A stretch of 64,000 bases of DNA from Hyaloraphidium curvatum SAG 235-1 (Eukaryota > Fungi > Monoblepharomycota): the NCBI GenBank assembly GCA_025558095.1, contig JAIVFI010000047.1:1-64000 (forward strand). The letters run 5' to 3'. Made by a program: the position numbers and the translations under genes. Each line of letters starts with the position of its first letter. Position 1 is the first letter of the stretch. A model generated the notes under the pieces. The model searched no databases. It was not told the origin of the DNA and worked only from the letters and a program-made list of their open reading frames with translations. Shown in pieces: positions 35,100 to 47,694 of this stretch.

Positions 35100-36542
35100 A
35101 TGGTGAACCCAAAGGACCTTGCAGATGCAGTGGCAATAATGGCGTCGGCTCAAGGCCCAACCATGCCTTTCGAAATGGCCTTTCTGTTCCTTCTCTGCCT
35201 CTTCCTCCTCTGCCTGCTTCTCCTCTGCCTGCTTCTCTGCCTGTTCCTACTCTGGCAAATCTGGCGCTTCGAGAAACCTTCGTTTCACAGAGCCGCACCA
35301 TCCCCGCCTCAAATCGGAGCAATGGTTTCGGCTGAAGATGCTCTCTCACGTTTCCGACCCCACGCATACCTAGCACTGGCCGCGTATGATGATCCAAACC
35401 ATTTCGCGACCCAGAGTGTCCACGACGCGCTTGGCACACGCTTCCGTTATCTGGCGAACCGGGACGGTGGACGGATCTGGATTTTTGTGCCCGACGACCC
35501 AGCGCGCAGCGATCAGGTGCATATAGTCTTGCGCGGCACCGACACCATGGACGACGTGATGGACTGCATAGGCTTGGTCGCAGCTGCGGTTGAAGCTAAA
35601 GGCGACAAGTTCCTCGAGGCAGTCAATACCGTTCGCAGATAAGTCGAAGATGCTCTGAAGGAGTTCATCGCGAGTCGTGCTGGAAGCCGCATGTTTCGCC
35701 CTGCGCAGTGCAACGTCATCCTCATCGGACATTCGCTGGGAGCCGCCTTGGCAGAGGGAATGTTTGCTACCTGGCATTTGATGGAGCAGCGAGGGGAAAA
35801 GCCAGACTTCTTGGGCTCTCTGGAGGCAACGCTCTTTGACACGCCCGGGACGCCAAAGAGGTTCAGAGAGAAACATGGCTTGCACGAGCACCCCCACATC
35901 TACGTACTCAATGCGTCTACAAATCCGGTCAACATGCTCTATGGGCCCTCAGCTGCCAAGCATGTCTTTGCCTGTGGGGATGGCATGCGGTTGAGGCTAT
36001 CGACCAGCTCCAGTGCCTTGAATGACATATGGCAGCTCTTGACCAACGGGCTTACTGTCGTGGGGCTGGCAATAACAACGATCAATTTCGCAGGACGCAA
36101 TCTCCAAGGTCACAAGATGTCAAACCTCTTGCTCGAAACCATACGTGGCAACATCCACTCAGTCAATGGGTCAAAATGGCCCGTTCATTCGGGAGCTACG
36201 GCGGAACGGATGTTACCGCATCTTTTCCGCTTCTGGAAACCCGCCAGTCCGGACAAGGCTCCCGACCGGCTGATGGAGCTCAAACGCAGAGAAGGTGACC
36301 TACGCGCCTTGATGTTCGGGAGACACAAGGATGTGGCACAGATGCAGCTCGAATTCACCCGTCAGAGACGGATGGCGCTGGAACGTAGAGCAGGTGGCCT
36401 ATGGGACAGGGAATTTGAGGAGGAAGATTTATGGGAGATGGAATACGATACGGAACGGGAGGACCGGCGCAGAGAACTGGAGGACGTAGCAGTCCCAGCA
36501 CGGACTGCTGACTTCACCTGGAGGGTGACGTCTGAGGACTGA
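35100..36542 (+). pseudogene. Lipase class 3-like gene with in-frame TAA at 35640-35642
   Basis: VHIVLRGTD...NTVRR*VEDALKEF...VILIGHSLGAALA...LFDTPG; both supplied ORFs share one frame; hydrophobic N-terminal segment. Confidence 0.75.
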
Positions 36543-36864
36543 TCTGATCTACGTATGCGAGGCTTATCGATGGGGGAACTCTTCTATGTATGTTAGCGCC
36601 GCAGCACGGCGGCAGTGTCGACGATTACAACCTCAATCTCGCTGGCAAGCTATCCCGGCGGACGGTCCAGTAATCCCCATACCAGTACTGTTATGGAACA
36701 ATGCAGGACCTCCTCGGTCTTTGAAAAGAATCACCAGACGCCTTTGTACGAAGAAAAAGAGAGAGAAAGAAATAGGGGACAAGCCACGCGCCGTTCGTCC
36801 GCGTCCCAGCCGCTCCGTCGCGGGGAGGCCGATCCATTGCAACCCGCACATCCAGACAACGTTA

Positions 36865-38073
36865 CTACCCCGCCCCGTCCTTTTTCCTCAGCGACTTGGA
36901 CCTCCCGATCGCCGCGAAGAAGCTGCCCAGCGACTTGCCGCTCTTTCCGCTTCCCATGCTCCCCGAGCTCGCGTCGCGCGCGATCGGCGAGCGCGGGCCG
37001 CCCGAGAGGGGCGACGAGGGGGAGCCGATGGGCATGAAGCCGTTGCCCGATCCCGCCGAGGAGGAGAGCGAGGCGGAGGTCGATGCGAGCGGGGCGGATG
37101 CCGAGGCGCCGGGGATGGGGAGCGAGGAGCGCGAGGAGCCCGCGCTGCCCGGCGAGGAGGCGTAGGGCGACGCCGCGAGGGTGGCCGAGGACGACCGCGT
37201 CCCCGGCCACACCGAGTCGACGAAGCTCGCCACGAGCGCGGCAAACTCGCCGCCCAGGAGCACCTCGTAGTGCGACCCCGACGCCTGCGTGACCATCTGC
37301 ACGCGCACCTCGGGGCCGTCCCGGCCGCCCGCGTTGCCCGGCTCGGCGGCGACCAGCGCGCGCAGGTGGTCCCTGAATTTGGCGGTGCCGTCGGGGGGCA
37401 GCGCGTCGTCCTCGGGCGAGTGCACGAGCAGCCAGGGCGGCATGCGGTACTGCTTTTCCAGCTTCAGGTACTGCGGCGAGGCGTAGATCCAGTTCCGGCG
37501 CTCCTCCTCTGCCCGCGGGCCGAACGCGCCCTCGACAAACTCGAGCAGGCCCGGTTTGGCGGCCACCAGGCCCGGCAGGTCGTACAGCCCCTGCACGCCC
37601 ACCACGCCCCTCACGGCGCGCCAGTCTTCCCCCAGCCACCGCGGGTTCAGCACCAGCACGCCGGCCAGCTGCGCTCCCGACGAGTGGCCCACCAAAAAGA
37701 TGCGGTCGGGGTCGTACCCGTAGCACTGCGCGCGGCCGGGGCCGCGGAACCATTTCACCGCGGCGGCGCAGTCCTGCACGTGGTCCGGGTACCGCACCGG
37801 CCTGCCCTCGCGGGCGGACAGGCGGTAGTTGACCACGGCCACGGCCACGGGGTGGTCGGGGCTGGAGGCCCACGCCTTTGCGAGGGCGGCGTGCTCCGAC
37901 TTGTCCCCCGCGCGCCACAGCCCGCCGTGGATGAAGACCAGCAGCGGGACGCCGCCTGCGCGGGGCGGCTGCGGGCAGAAGAGGTCGAAGAGGCGGCGCG
38001 GGTCGTGCGGGAGGGCGAGCGACGGCGGCGAGGCGTACGAGACGTCGCGGTACACGCCGAGGTTGGGCGGCAT
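36865..38073 (-). CDS. Alpha/beta hydrolase, kynurenine formamidase (AFMID/Bna7)-like
   Basis: FIHGGLW, VNYRLS, LVGHSSGAQLA, GLYDL, HSPEDD, GSHYE. Confidence 0.85.
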   Translation of the reverse strand: MPPNLGVYRDVSYASPPSLALPHDPRRLFDLFCPQPPRAGGVPLLVFIHGGLWRAGDKSEHAALAKAWASSPDHPVAVAVVNYRLSAREGRPVRYPDHVQDCAAAVKWFRGPGRAQCYGYDPDRIFLVGHSSGAQLAGVLVLNPRWLGEDWRAVRGVVGVQGLYDLPGLVAAKPGLLEFVEGAFGPRAEEERRNWIYASPQYLKLEKQYRMPPWLLVHSPEDDALPPDGTAKFRDHLRALVAAEPGNAGGRDGPEVRVQMVTQASGSHYEVLLGGEFAALVASFVDSVWPGTRSSSATLAASPYASSPGSAGSSRSSLPIPGASASAPLASTSASLSSSAGSGNGFMPIGSPSSPLSGGPRSPIARDASSGSMGSGKSGKSLGSFFAAIGRSKSLRKKDGAG

Positions 38074-38474
38074 CGCGGGCAACGGGGGGAGCGGGCGGCC
38101 GGGGCGGTGTCCTAAGCGATCAAGCAGGCCGGTACCGGAGAAATGGGACGCCTAGGGCGGCGGTTCGGGGGGCCCTGGGAGCGCCGCGGGGGGCACTCGA
38201 GTGACTCGGCCCGCCGTCGGGGGCGGATCGCGGACCGCGGCCCGCCGGCGGCCTCGGGCGGGCTCGCGCGGTTAAGCACGCGCGTCCCGCGCCGGAGGAC
38301 CGGATTCGCCGATAACGAGCTGACTTTGCGTTCGCTGGTCTGTCGATCAGCGCGACGCGTCTGTTGCCCATGTGACGGCAATCCGTGCCACCTCTGTCTG
38401 CGTGCTTCCTGCCACGTCTTCAGGCCATCAGACAGGTTGCTCGGCCTCTTAGCAGCCCGCATCGCCCGGCCGCC

Positions 38475-39584
38475 ATGTCCGGCCTCCTCTCCGCCGCCGC
38501 CACGGCCTTCCGCTCGGTGCGCGAGCAGCTGGCCCCCCTCCCCTCGGCGTCGCGCTTCAGGGAGCAGGGCACGCTGACCCCCGCGGAGTTCGTCGCCGCG
38601 GGCGACCTGCTGGTGCGGCAGTGCCCCACGTGGCAGTGGGCGCCCGGGCTGCCCGAGAAGCGGCGGGACTATTTGCCAGAGGGCAGGCAGTACCTGGTCA
38701 CGCGCAACGTGCCGTGCAGGCGGCGCGCGGGGGAGCTGGAGGCGGAGAGCGCAGAGAGGATGGTGGAGGGGGAGGAAGGCGGGGAGGGGTGGGTCGAGAC
38801 GCACGCGGGGAGGGAGGGCGGCGGCAGGGAGGTCGGCGAGATCGGCGGGGACGAGGCGGCGGAGGCCGTTGCGAAGCTGTCGCTGGCCGATGCCGCGCCC
38901 GCGGTGCCGGCGGAGGAGGCAGAGAGGCCGCCGGACGACGAGATACCGGACTTTGACGAGGACGGGCTGCTCTCCGCCGACCCGGGTGTGGTCGAGGCCG
39001 ACGACCCGGGCGCGCTGCGGCCCGATGCCGAGGCTGCGCCGGGGGAAAACATCCTGCGGACGCGGACGTACGATCTGAGGTGGGTTGCGCGCCGTCGGGG
39101 CGCCCATGCCGTAGATCCCGTATGATCTGAGCCCCGTCGCCCCCATCCTCCCCTGCCCGCCCCTTTCATTTCCTCCATTGCACCTTCCCAGCATAACGTA
39201 CGACAAGTACTACCAGACCCCCCGCGTGTGGCTCTTTGGCTACGCCGAGGACCGCACCCCGCTGTCCCCCCCCCAGATCTTCGAGGACATCTCGCAGGAC
39301 CACGCCCGCAAGACGGTGACCGTCGAGCCGCACCCGCACGAGCGCGCGATGGCGGCGGGGATACACCCGTGCCGGCACGCGGGGGTCATGCGGAAGCTGG
39401 CCGAGATGATGGGCGAGGGCTCGGGGGAGGGGATGAGGGCGGAACTGTACCTGCTCGTGTTCCTCAAGGTGGGTGACGTGCTTGGGTGGGCGTGGCGGGG
39501 TTTGGCTGACGCCGTGTTGCGTCGGGGCAGTTCATGAGCAGCGTGCTGCCGACGATCGACTACGACTACACGATTTCCATGTGA
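38475..39584 (+). CDS. ATG3: Autophagy E2-like enzyme Atg3
   Basis: [27 protein letters not shown]|[20 protein letters not shown]|[12 protein letters not shown]; two introns. Confidence 0.97.
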
Positions 39585-39709
39585 TCATTGGACCTGCCCC
39601 CGGGCTTTGGCTGTCACCCTGTATTCCCAGATTAATTCCCGAACACGCGATTTCCACGATCGCCTCCTCCGGCATGCGATTTCCGCGATCGCCGCACCAA
39701 AGCGTGGCA

Positions 39710-40426
39710 TCAGCCCCCCGCGGCCCGCGCCAGCGCGTCCACAAACTCCCTCTCCTCCAGCGCAATGTCCAGCACCTCGGCCCTCCTGCACACCAGCACC
39801 GCCTCCTTGCCCTCCCCGAACGGCACCTCGAGGCACGCCGCGAACCCCCCCGGGCCGTCCAGCGCGGCCACCGACCCCGCCAGCGCCGCGCCGTGGTCGC
39901 GCTCCAGCTCCGCCGGCGTCGTCCCCCTCGCGGACGCGAATATCGGCAGCGAGGCGATCTCGGGGCAGTGCATCCCGCGCTCGAAGAGCATCTTGTCCGC
40001 CACGAACAGCCCCCCCGCGCCGCCCTCCAGGAACCCGGCCAGCCGCCCGAGCTCCCCCTCCCCGACCGAGAACACGGGGATGCCCTTCAGCGCCGCCCTC
40101 GCGAGGAACAGGTAGTGCGGGAGCAGGCCGCACAGCAGCGCCAGCGCCCTCCCCGCCGCCTCCTCGGCCTGCCCGCGCCCCTTGCCGCACCGCCGCCTGT
40201 GGGAGGGCCAATCGCGCGCCTGGCACTCCTTCCCGCAGTACCTGACCCCGCACCTGCCGCACCGCATCGCCGGATTGGTGGAAGGGCAAGCGGGGGCGCG
40301 GCACCGGGGGGGTTCCGAGAGGCGCGCGAGGAGCGCGGCGGCGAGGTCGGGCGGGCAGTGCGCGGCGAGCGCGGGGAGGTTCGAGGCGGCGGGGAGCGCG
40401 CGCGAGGGCGGGAAGGCGCGGTGCAT
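39710..40426 (-). CDS. MYND zinc-finger protein
   Basis: CGRCGVRYCGKECQARDWPSHRRRC. Confidence 0.85.
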   Translation of the reverse strand: MHRAFPPSRALPAASNLPALAAHCPPDLAAALLARLSEPPRCRAPACPSTNPAMRCGRCGVRYCGKECQARDWPSHRRRCGKGRGQAEEAAGRALALLCGLLPHYLFLARAALKGIPVFSVGEGELGRLAGFLEGGAGGLFVADKMLFERGMHCPEIASLPIFASARGTTPAELERDHGAALAGSVAALDGPGGFAACLEVPFGEGKEAVLVCRRAEVLDIALEEREFVDALARAAGG

Positions 40427-40668
40427 TGCCCCGGGCGGGCCGCGTCCCGATCGGGGAAGCTCGTGTCGGCCGAGGGGCCGATCGGCGGAGCCTGCTGGGC
40501 CGCGGCGTTTGTGGCTGAGTCGACGCGGAAAACACAAGTGGATCTCCCGAACCGGGAGCCAGAAATCCGACAACACTGCACGCCGTCCACACCCATACCG
40601 CAACCGTGGACGCCGCATCGCAACAGCGCTCCCCCTCCCCTTCCTCCTCGACCCCCCCGACTGCCGAG

Positions 40669-41670
40669 ATGAGCACCTTTGCCGTTCACATCCTGGTCCC
40701 GACCGTGCCCGCCTCGGGCGAGCAGCCGCACCCGCTGTTCTGCGCCGTGGACGAGCCGGGGAAGCCGAGCATGTGGGCGCCGCTCACCGCGAAGGAGCGC
40801 AACGCCGTGGCCGGCCGCCTGGCCGGGTCTTCCCCCCACCCGCTGAAGGTGACTCGCCTCCGCCTTCCCCCCGCAGATCTCCCGCTCACCCCCGCGCAGC
40901 GCCTCGTCTTCTACGCCGTCGACCCCGCCAAGGCCTCCCTCCGCGCGGACCACGTCGCCCGCCAGCTCGACGCGCAGTCGCGCCCGTCTCCCGGCTCGCA
41001 CGGCCCGCGGCACGCCCTCGTGGTCGTCTGCGCCCCCGAGCTCGCCGAACCCCCGTGCGCGCCCGCGTTCGCCGAGTGGTCGTTCGACGCCGTGCGGGCG
41101 GCCGTGGTCGAGGGGACCGCACGGCTGCCGGGGGGGGGCGAGGACCTCTCGCTCGCGTTCCGCCCGCTGTCCCTGGCGGCGCTGCGGATGCTCGCCGAGG
41201 CGTCCCGGTCTTCGCCGCCGGAACTCATCGCCGCGGCGCGCAAGGCGCTGGACGAGCTCTTCTCCCCGGACGCGCTGCCGCCGCCGGCGCCGCCCGCGCA
41301 GCCGTGCCGGAGGGCCATGGACGAGCTGGTGGAGGTGCGCGCGGCGGAGCTGCTCGCAAGGATGTCGCTCGCCGCCGACCGGGAGCGGGAAAAGGACCGG
41401 GAGGGCGGCGGGTACCACGCACTGAGGAGGTCGAGCGCGGTGCGCAGGCACCGCCGCCCCGGGTCGACCGGGTCGATCGGCTCGGTGCGCAGCCTCAAGC
41501 TGCACGCGCACCACCAGCAGGCCCCCAAGGGCGAGCCGAGGCACAAGCGGCTGGCAAAGTCGCTCGGACTCAAAGTCATCATCGGGCTGCCGCGCGCCGA
41601 CAGGCTGCGCAGGCAGGGGCTCCCCGTGCCCGTGCTGCAGCCCGTGCAGGTGCCGGCCAACGCCGAGTGA
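40669..41670 (+). CDS. Hypothetical protein
   Basis: Intronless GC3-biased ORF from MSTFAVHILVP; no family recognised. Confidence 0.65.
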   Translation: MSTFAVHILVPTVPASGEQPHPLFCAVDEPGKPSMWAPLTAKERNAVAGRLAGSSPHPLKVTRLRLPPADLPLTPAQRLVFYAVDPAKASLRADHVARQLDAQSRPSPGSHGPRHALVVVCAPELAEPPCAPAFAEWSFDAVRAAVVEGTARLPGGGEDLSLAFRPLSLAALRMLAEASRSSPPELIAAARKALDELFSPDALPPPAPPAQPCRRAMDELVEVRAAELLARMSLAADREREKDREGGGYHALRRSSAVRRHRRPGSTGSIGSVRSLKLHAHHQQAPKGEPRHKRLAKSLGLKVIIGLPRADRLRRQGLPVPVLQPVQVPANAE

Positions 41671-41815
41671 TCCGTCCTCGGAGGCATCTCCGGAACCCCG
41701 TGACATTGGCCGCACGCAGCGGCAGCTATACACAGACGATAGATAGCTAGCTAGCCTATACCTTGGAACCGCCCAGAATGGATCTGTACAATCTACGGAT
41801 GCCCCGCTCCCGCAT

Positions 41816-44800
41816 TCACGGCAGCACGCCCAGCCGCCTCATCCTCGCCGCCCGTCCCACCCACTCCGGCACCCCCTCCCCGCCCGCAGCCAGCGCATCC
41901 AGCGCCTGCCTGTCCGCCGCGCACACCCGCTCCGCCCACGCCTCGGCGTCCGCGAGGTTCAGCGGGCCCGACTCGCACCGCCCGGGGATCCACAGGCCCT
42001 CGACGACCACCGCGCAGTGCATCGACACGGACTCGTGGCGCCGCGAGGGGACGGGGGGCTTGGCGGCCGAGGGAGGGGCGAGGGAGGCGCCGGAGGGGCG
42101 GGCAAAGGGCGAGGCGGGCTTGGGCTTGCGGCCGCCGGCGCCGACGATGTTGCCGAGCCTGCCGAGAAGGCCCGACCGCTTGCCGGGGTCGTTCGCCGAG
42201 GGCATGCCTCGGGGCGGCACGTGCGGCTGCGGAGAGGCCGGCTCGGCGGCGTGCTCAACCGGGGCGGGCGCCTCCACCGAGATCTTGCCGACCATGGCCA
42301 CGCGGTGGCCGCCCAGCCGCAGGGGCTCGCCGGCAAAAGCCTCGCCGATGTCGAGCTGCACCCGTGCCGCGACGACGCCGGCCGACTGCGCCGGGTCGCG
42401 CATGGATCCCGCGAGGCTGGCCGAAGAGGCGTTGGACTGCCGCGAGGCCATGGCCAGCGCGGTCGAATCCGAGTCCACGTCGCCCGACGCCGAGCTCAGG
42501 TCCCCGTACGAGAGCTCGTGGTTGAAGCTCCGTCCGAAGAAGGAAGACGTCTGGCTCATGAGTGAAGGTTGGAACGAGGCCACCGAGGCCTGGCGGTGCA
42601 TGTTCGAGTCCCTCCGCGGCGGCAGCGGCGGCGGCGAGGCGGACGGCTGATGCGAGGCCAGGGCGTGGTGCGAGAGCGGCTGCGCCTTGCGGCCGAGCAG
42701 GGGCTGGAGGTAAAGGGTGACCTCGGCGTGCTCGGGCTCCTCGATGTACCTGAACGAGAACGTCGAAATCAGATGCGCTCGACCAACCCGAGAGCGTAAT
42801 GAGCTTACAGGCTGAACCCAGCCCGGTTTTGCGCCGGAATTTCGAGCGTGTAGTGCTCCGTCAGGCTGTCGACCTGCATGCGCTCCGTCACGCAGTCCTC
42901 GCGCGTTCCCCCGACGCCGATCCACAGCTGCGCCGGCGCTGTGCATCGATGCGCGTCAGTCCGATCTCGCGAGAAGAGCGCACCGCCACCCACTGAGGTA
43001 GTCCGGCATCATCTTGGGGATCTCGCACCGCACCACCCTCCCCGCGAACCACCCCGCGCCCGACTCGACCTCCCGCTTCAGCTCCTCCTTCTCCATCTGG
43101 ATCCGTGCCTTGACGAGCTCGGGGTTGGGCGCCGTGTACGTGATGACCTTATCCGCTTCGGGTTCAGGCCGGGCCGCAGCCTCGGGGAAGGCCTGCTCCA
43201 GCTGGAAGAGGGCGCTCGTGGCAAAGGCGACGTCGTCAAAGTCCAGCTCGAGCCTGCCCGCCGACGGGATCTCGGGGATCTGCACCGCCGGTTCCGAGAT
43301 CCCGGAGCTGCTGGCGGTAGTCTCGCTGCGCAGCGTCGGCGGCGGCGCGGGAAGGGTGGCGGCCGACGCATCCGAAGCCGGGGTGTCGGGGACTTTCGTC
43401 GGAGACGGCGGATCTGGCGACTGCAGGGCCGCGAGGATGCCCGTCAGGAAGCCGTTCTCCATCGGTTGATGTGCGCCGGCGGGCCAGACGGTCGGAGTGT
43501 TGGGAGGCGTGTTGTACCCTTTCTGCCCGACCGACGACTGACCGGGCGAGCTGCTGGGCGCCGGGGTGATTGGCGTGTTGGGCGGGACGTTGCCAATGGG
43601 AGGGAGGGAGAAGCGTGCGGATGTCGGAGTGTTGGCGACCGAGGGCGGCGACGACGAGCTCAGAGGGAGATTCTGGATGATCTGGTCCAGCTCCTCGACG
43701 TGCAGGTCAAAGTCGCTCAATGACGGTGCGCCGTCCAATGGAGTGTTCGGCGGCGGCCCCGGGCGCATCGAAGCGGCCGGGCTCGGCATGGGAGCATCCC
43801 CGTACGGCGAAGCGGGCGGGGTCTTGCCGACGCTCGAGTGCCCGGAAGCCGAGCTGTTGGTCGCCGCGACCTCGCGCAGAGCACGCTGGCTCGTGTCAAT
43901 CTTGGGTATGCCCTTGCGCGAAGGCGTCGACTTGAGCGGGATCCGGGGGGGAAGCTGGCTCGCCTGTGCGGCGGATTCCCAGATGTCCTCGGCCTGTGGA
44001 TGCAAGGAGTCAAAGCAGGCCTCGCACGAGGCGCAAGAATGACGCACCTCGAGTGAGATTCCGCTCTCCGACTTTGGCATCTGCATCTCGACGTCAAACT
44101 TCGAATCCTGCTTCGCCCTCATGTTGTCGTCCTTGGCAGCCGAAAGCTCGGGGAGCACAAAGTCGGGTTGCGACTGCCCCAGGTGCGCGACCTTGTCTGT
44201 CAAGCGAACAATCCCGGGGGCGTCCTCGACCGTCGCCCGTGCCACACTGGTGGTCGGCGTGTACGGCGACGTCGTTGCAGGCGCGGTGTCTTTGGAGCTG
44301 AAGATGAGGCTGGCCGTCCGGACAACGTCCTTGGACGGGGACCCGTCGAGCTTTGAAGCCTTGGTCGGCGACGCGGCAGGCGGCACCGGCAGTGCCACGG
44401 CGACCGAGGTCGTGGGGGTGAGGGCTTCGGGGGGCACCTCGATCGAAGCCTGGCTCTCGGCTTCCTCGATCTGTTTCTTGCGGGCCTCGAACAGCGACAG
44501 CCCGCGGTCCTTGGTCGGGGAAGACGATGCCGAAGAGCCAGGCGCAGGTTTCTCGCCGGTCACGATGGGGACAACTCCTGAGGGCTGGCTGTCAGACCAG
44601 GATGCAGCCGCATTCTGCCTGCGCTCGAAAAGGGCGAGGCCTTTGTCGGGGCTTCCGCTTGCGAGGCGCGACGAAGCTGGGTTCGGGTTCGACCTCGTCG
44701 GGGTGCGCGAGCCGTCGTCGAGGCTTTCGCGCGGTGCACGAGACTCGCTCGCCGCGACGTTGCTCGTTGGCTCCGCCTCGTCCGGTTTCGGCGTTTCAGA

Positions 44801-45829
44801 CCGCACTGCGGTTAGTTCGGTCTCTGAAGCGTCTGTGCTCTGCGGTTCGAACATGGGCTCCGAGATTTTTGCGATGAGGGGCTCGGTGATCGCGACCTCC
44901 GCAACGGGGGCTTCCAAAGCGTCCGCCTCCGCAGGCTGCGACGGCTCCACGGCAGTGACCGAAACAATGTCCACCTTGATCTCCTCGTTGAGCGCTTGAG
45001 AAGGCTCTGCATCAGCAGAAAAGGCCTCAGGAGCGGCCATCCCGTCGATCTCATCGCCGAGGAAGCCGCTTTCCTGGACCTTGAGGTAGAGTGCGAATTC
45101 GTTGCCCGCAGGGGGCTCGTCCTCGACGCGGGGAAGTTCCGGGTGGCTGTCGGTCCGCATGGACTCGGAATCCACGGCCGACGAGAGCATCGAGGTCGCC
45201 GAGGTGCCCCTCTCGAAGCGCGAGATCGACGAGGAGCTCTGGAAGCCCGACTCGGAGTCCGCGGCGTCGTCCTCGATCTCGATCTCCGACCCGGTGCCTT
45301 TCCACCACATGCGCACCTTCTGTCCCAGTGAAGGGTCCTCCGCCATGTCCATGGCCGTGAAGTTGCGCGAGTTGTTGGCGTCGGGCCGGAAACCGGCCTT
45401 GACGAGCATGACGGCGATTTCGGCCAGGCCGTAGAACATGGCCTCATGCAGCGGCGTGGTCACAGGAGGGAAGAGAGGCCGTTTCCAGTAGCTGGAAGGC
45501 TGCGTCTGTTTGCCGTCGGGGATGAGCCACTGGCGTCGTCGACGGTGAGGAAAGCCGCCCACCTCGAGCACCTGCAGCATGGCCTTGACCATCTCGGCCC
45601 CCTTCTTCTTGTCGTCCTTTCTGGCGAGCCGAACGGCGACGCTGAGCGGCGTCGGCGACACGTCCCCGAGCATCCACGCGACGTCGCGCCGGTGGTTCAG
45701 CGAGACGCCCTTGCCGGGGAGCTGGGCGGCCCAAAGCTCCTGATCACGCTGGAGCGCGGCGGCGACGGCGTCCGCGTCCCATCTCAGGATGCTCTCGAAG
45801 AGCGCCGAGGCATCCTCGGGTGCCGGCAT
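41816..45829 (-). CDS. Ankyrin-repeat protein with long disordered middle and globular C-terminal region
   Basis: TPLSVAV, TPLHEAMFYGLAEIAVMLVKAG..NNSRNFTAMDMA; several short introns. Confidence 0.75.
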
Positions 45830-46320
45830 GGCGCCGGTCGCTGAGTCGCGTTGTTGTGCGGCGGCCGACCAGCCCAGCGCGGGTGCTTCGGGGGAAATCC
45901 TGGTGGAAATGAAGAGTAATGTTGGTGCCTTTGCAAATGGAACGACCAGCAGGCCGAGCCGGTGTGCCGCGCGGTGGGTGCGGCGCGGGGTGCCGTTGCA
46001 GCCCAACGAGTCCGCTCCCGGCGCCCGCGCGGCGGGGACAACTCACGTCCACCTGGGTGGTCGCTTTCCGTTATGAGCTAGCCCGGGCTGTTTTCCGGAA
46101 ACCGCGCGAACCCGCCCGAGTCGGGGGACGGCGTCAGATTCGGAGGAGCGGTTTGGGGGGGGTCGAGCACGCGGCGCGTGCTTGTGACGCACACGCACAG
46201 CCGCTCGGATCTGGTTGCAAAACCCCCGGCAGAAAGCACCAAAACGGTATGAATTGTGAGGAATGTACAGTGGAATAGCTGGGATCTTCGGGTATCGTCG
46301 CGGCGCCACCCCAGCGGCGC

Positions 46321-47290
46321 TCAATCGTCCGAATCGGAGCCGCTCTCGGGGAAGCCGAGCACCGTCTTCCGCTTCGACGGCTGCGCGTTGTCCGCCGTGA
46401 GCTTGATGACCTCTGCGAGTGGAACAGACGCGGTCATGGGGCACGCGAAGAAGGATGTCGTTTGCGGCAAAAGAGGACGATCCCCAAGCAAGAGCATCAG
46501 TCACAAAACTGCTTCGAAGCGGGCAGACAAATGCTACCCACCGGATTTCGAGGCTAGGCGTTTCTCGAGCTGTGCCATAGTAAAGTTGTCGTTGTTGCCC
46601 AGCTCCTCGAAACCAACGAGTCTGGCCCGGGCGCCTTCAGAATCCACGTTTCCAGATAGCCGGCTTCGCCCCCCACCTGTCCACCGATATGCCGTCGACA
46701 AATGCCAGCACACACGGCAAAATTTGGATCTTGAGCCTCTCCACCAGGAACGGCGCGTTCTCCACGTCTATCCGGACGAACTTTGTCCGGAAGTGCTTCT
46801 TTGCCAGGGCCTGTCGACAGTCGCGTTCAGTCCGAGAAATCAATGCCAACACCCGCAATGAAACTGACTTCCAGATGCTTGTCCATGATCTGGCACCTCC
46901 GGAAGTCCTTGTGGAAGAAGCTGACCACGACGAGCTTCGTCGTCGTCGTGATCCGCATGAGCTCCTTCTCCTGCGTCACCGTCTCGTACGTGCCGTGGGC
47001 ATTCTGCCGCATCTCCGAGAGCCGCTCCATCCTGGCCGGGCCGGGGCCGCGTCAGGACCGGGCCAGGTCCCGCTGTCCCGCGTTTCGGGGAGGTACCCAC
47101 TCCCGCTTCAGCTCCTCCATCCTCTGCTCCCGCAACCGCGCCATCCCGTGGTCCTCGTCCTCCTCGCGTTCCAGGGCGCGGAGGATCTCGTCCTCGTCGC
47201 GGAAGTCGTCGCTGCCGAAAGGGCAACCGCGTCGGAGGCCACCCCGGTCGCGGCGGCCGGGAATGCGGACTCATCGTGCGCCGACGGCAT
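46321..47290 (-). CDS. Phosducin-like / TXNDC9 (Plp1-type) thioredoxin-fold protein
   Basis: LREQRMEELK, FFHKDFRRCQIMDKHLE, VENAPFLVERLKIQILPC; about five introns. Confidence 0.92.
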
Positions 47291-47694
47291 CCTGGCCGGC
47301 CGAGAAAATTGGACAAGTAAACGACGATGGGCGAGGAGGGGAGGAAACGCCCGTAGAAAAAAGTCGAGCGAACGACGAGCTCGCGCGTGACGTCGCCGGC
47401 TCGCACCGAGAACCCGCCGCGTTTTTTTATCCATCGGGCGCTTTTGTTATCGATCTGGCTCTCTCCTACCCCAGTTTAGCTACTGATAGACATTGCGGCA
47501 TGGCACATGTTTGCTCCTTGCCGTATTTCGCCGCCAGGGGCATGGGTCTACGAAGGGAGGCCCGGAAGTCAAGTCCATCATCTCGGGCATCCATACTGTC
47601 CCTATCCTTCACGAGTGGGTTGCTTGTCGACACCACTCATGTCCAATCCGCTGGATCCGTTCCAACGGAAGATTTGGGGGGCACATGCCGCACG

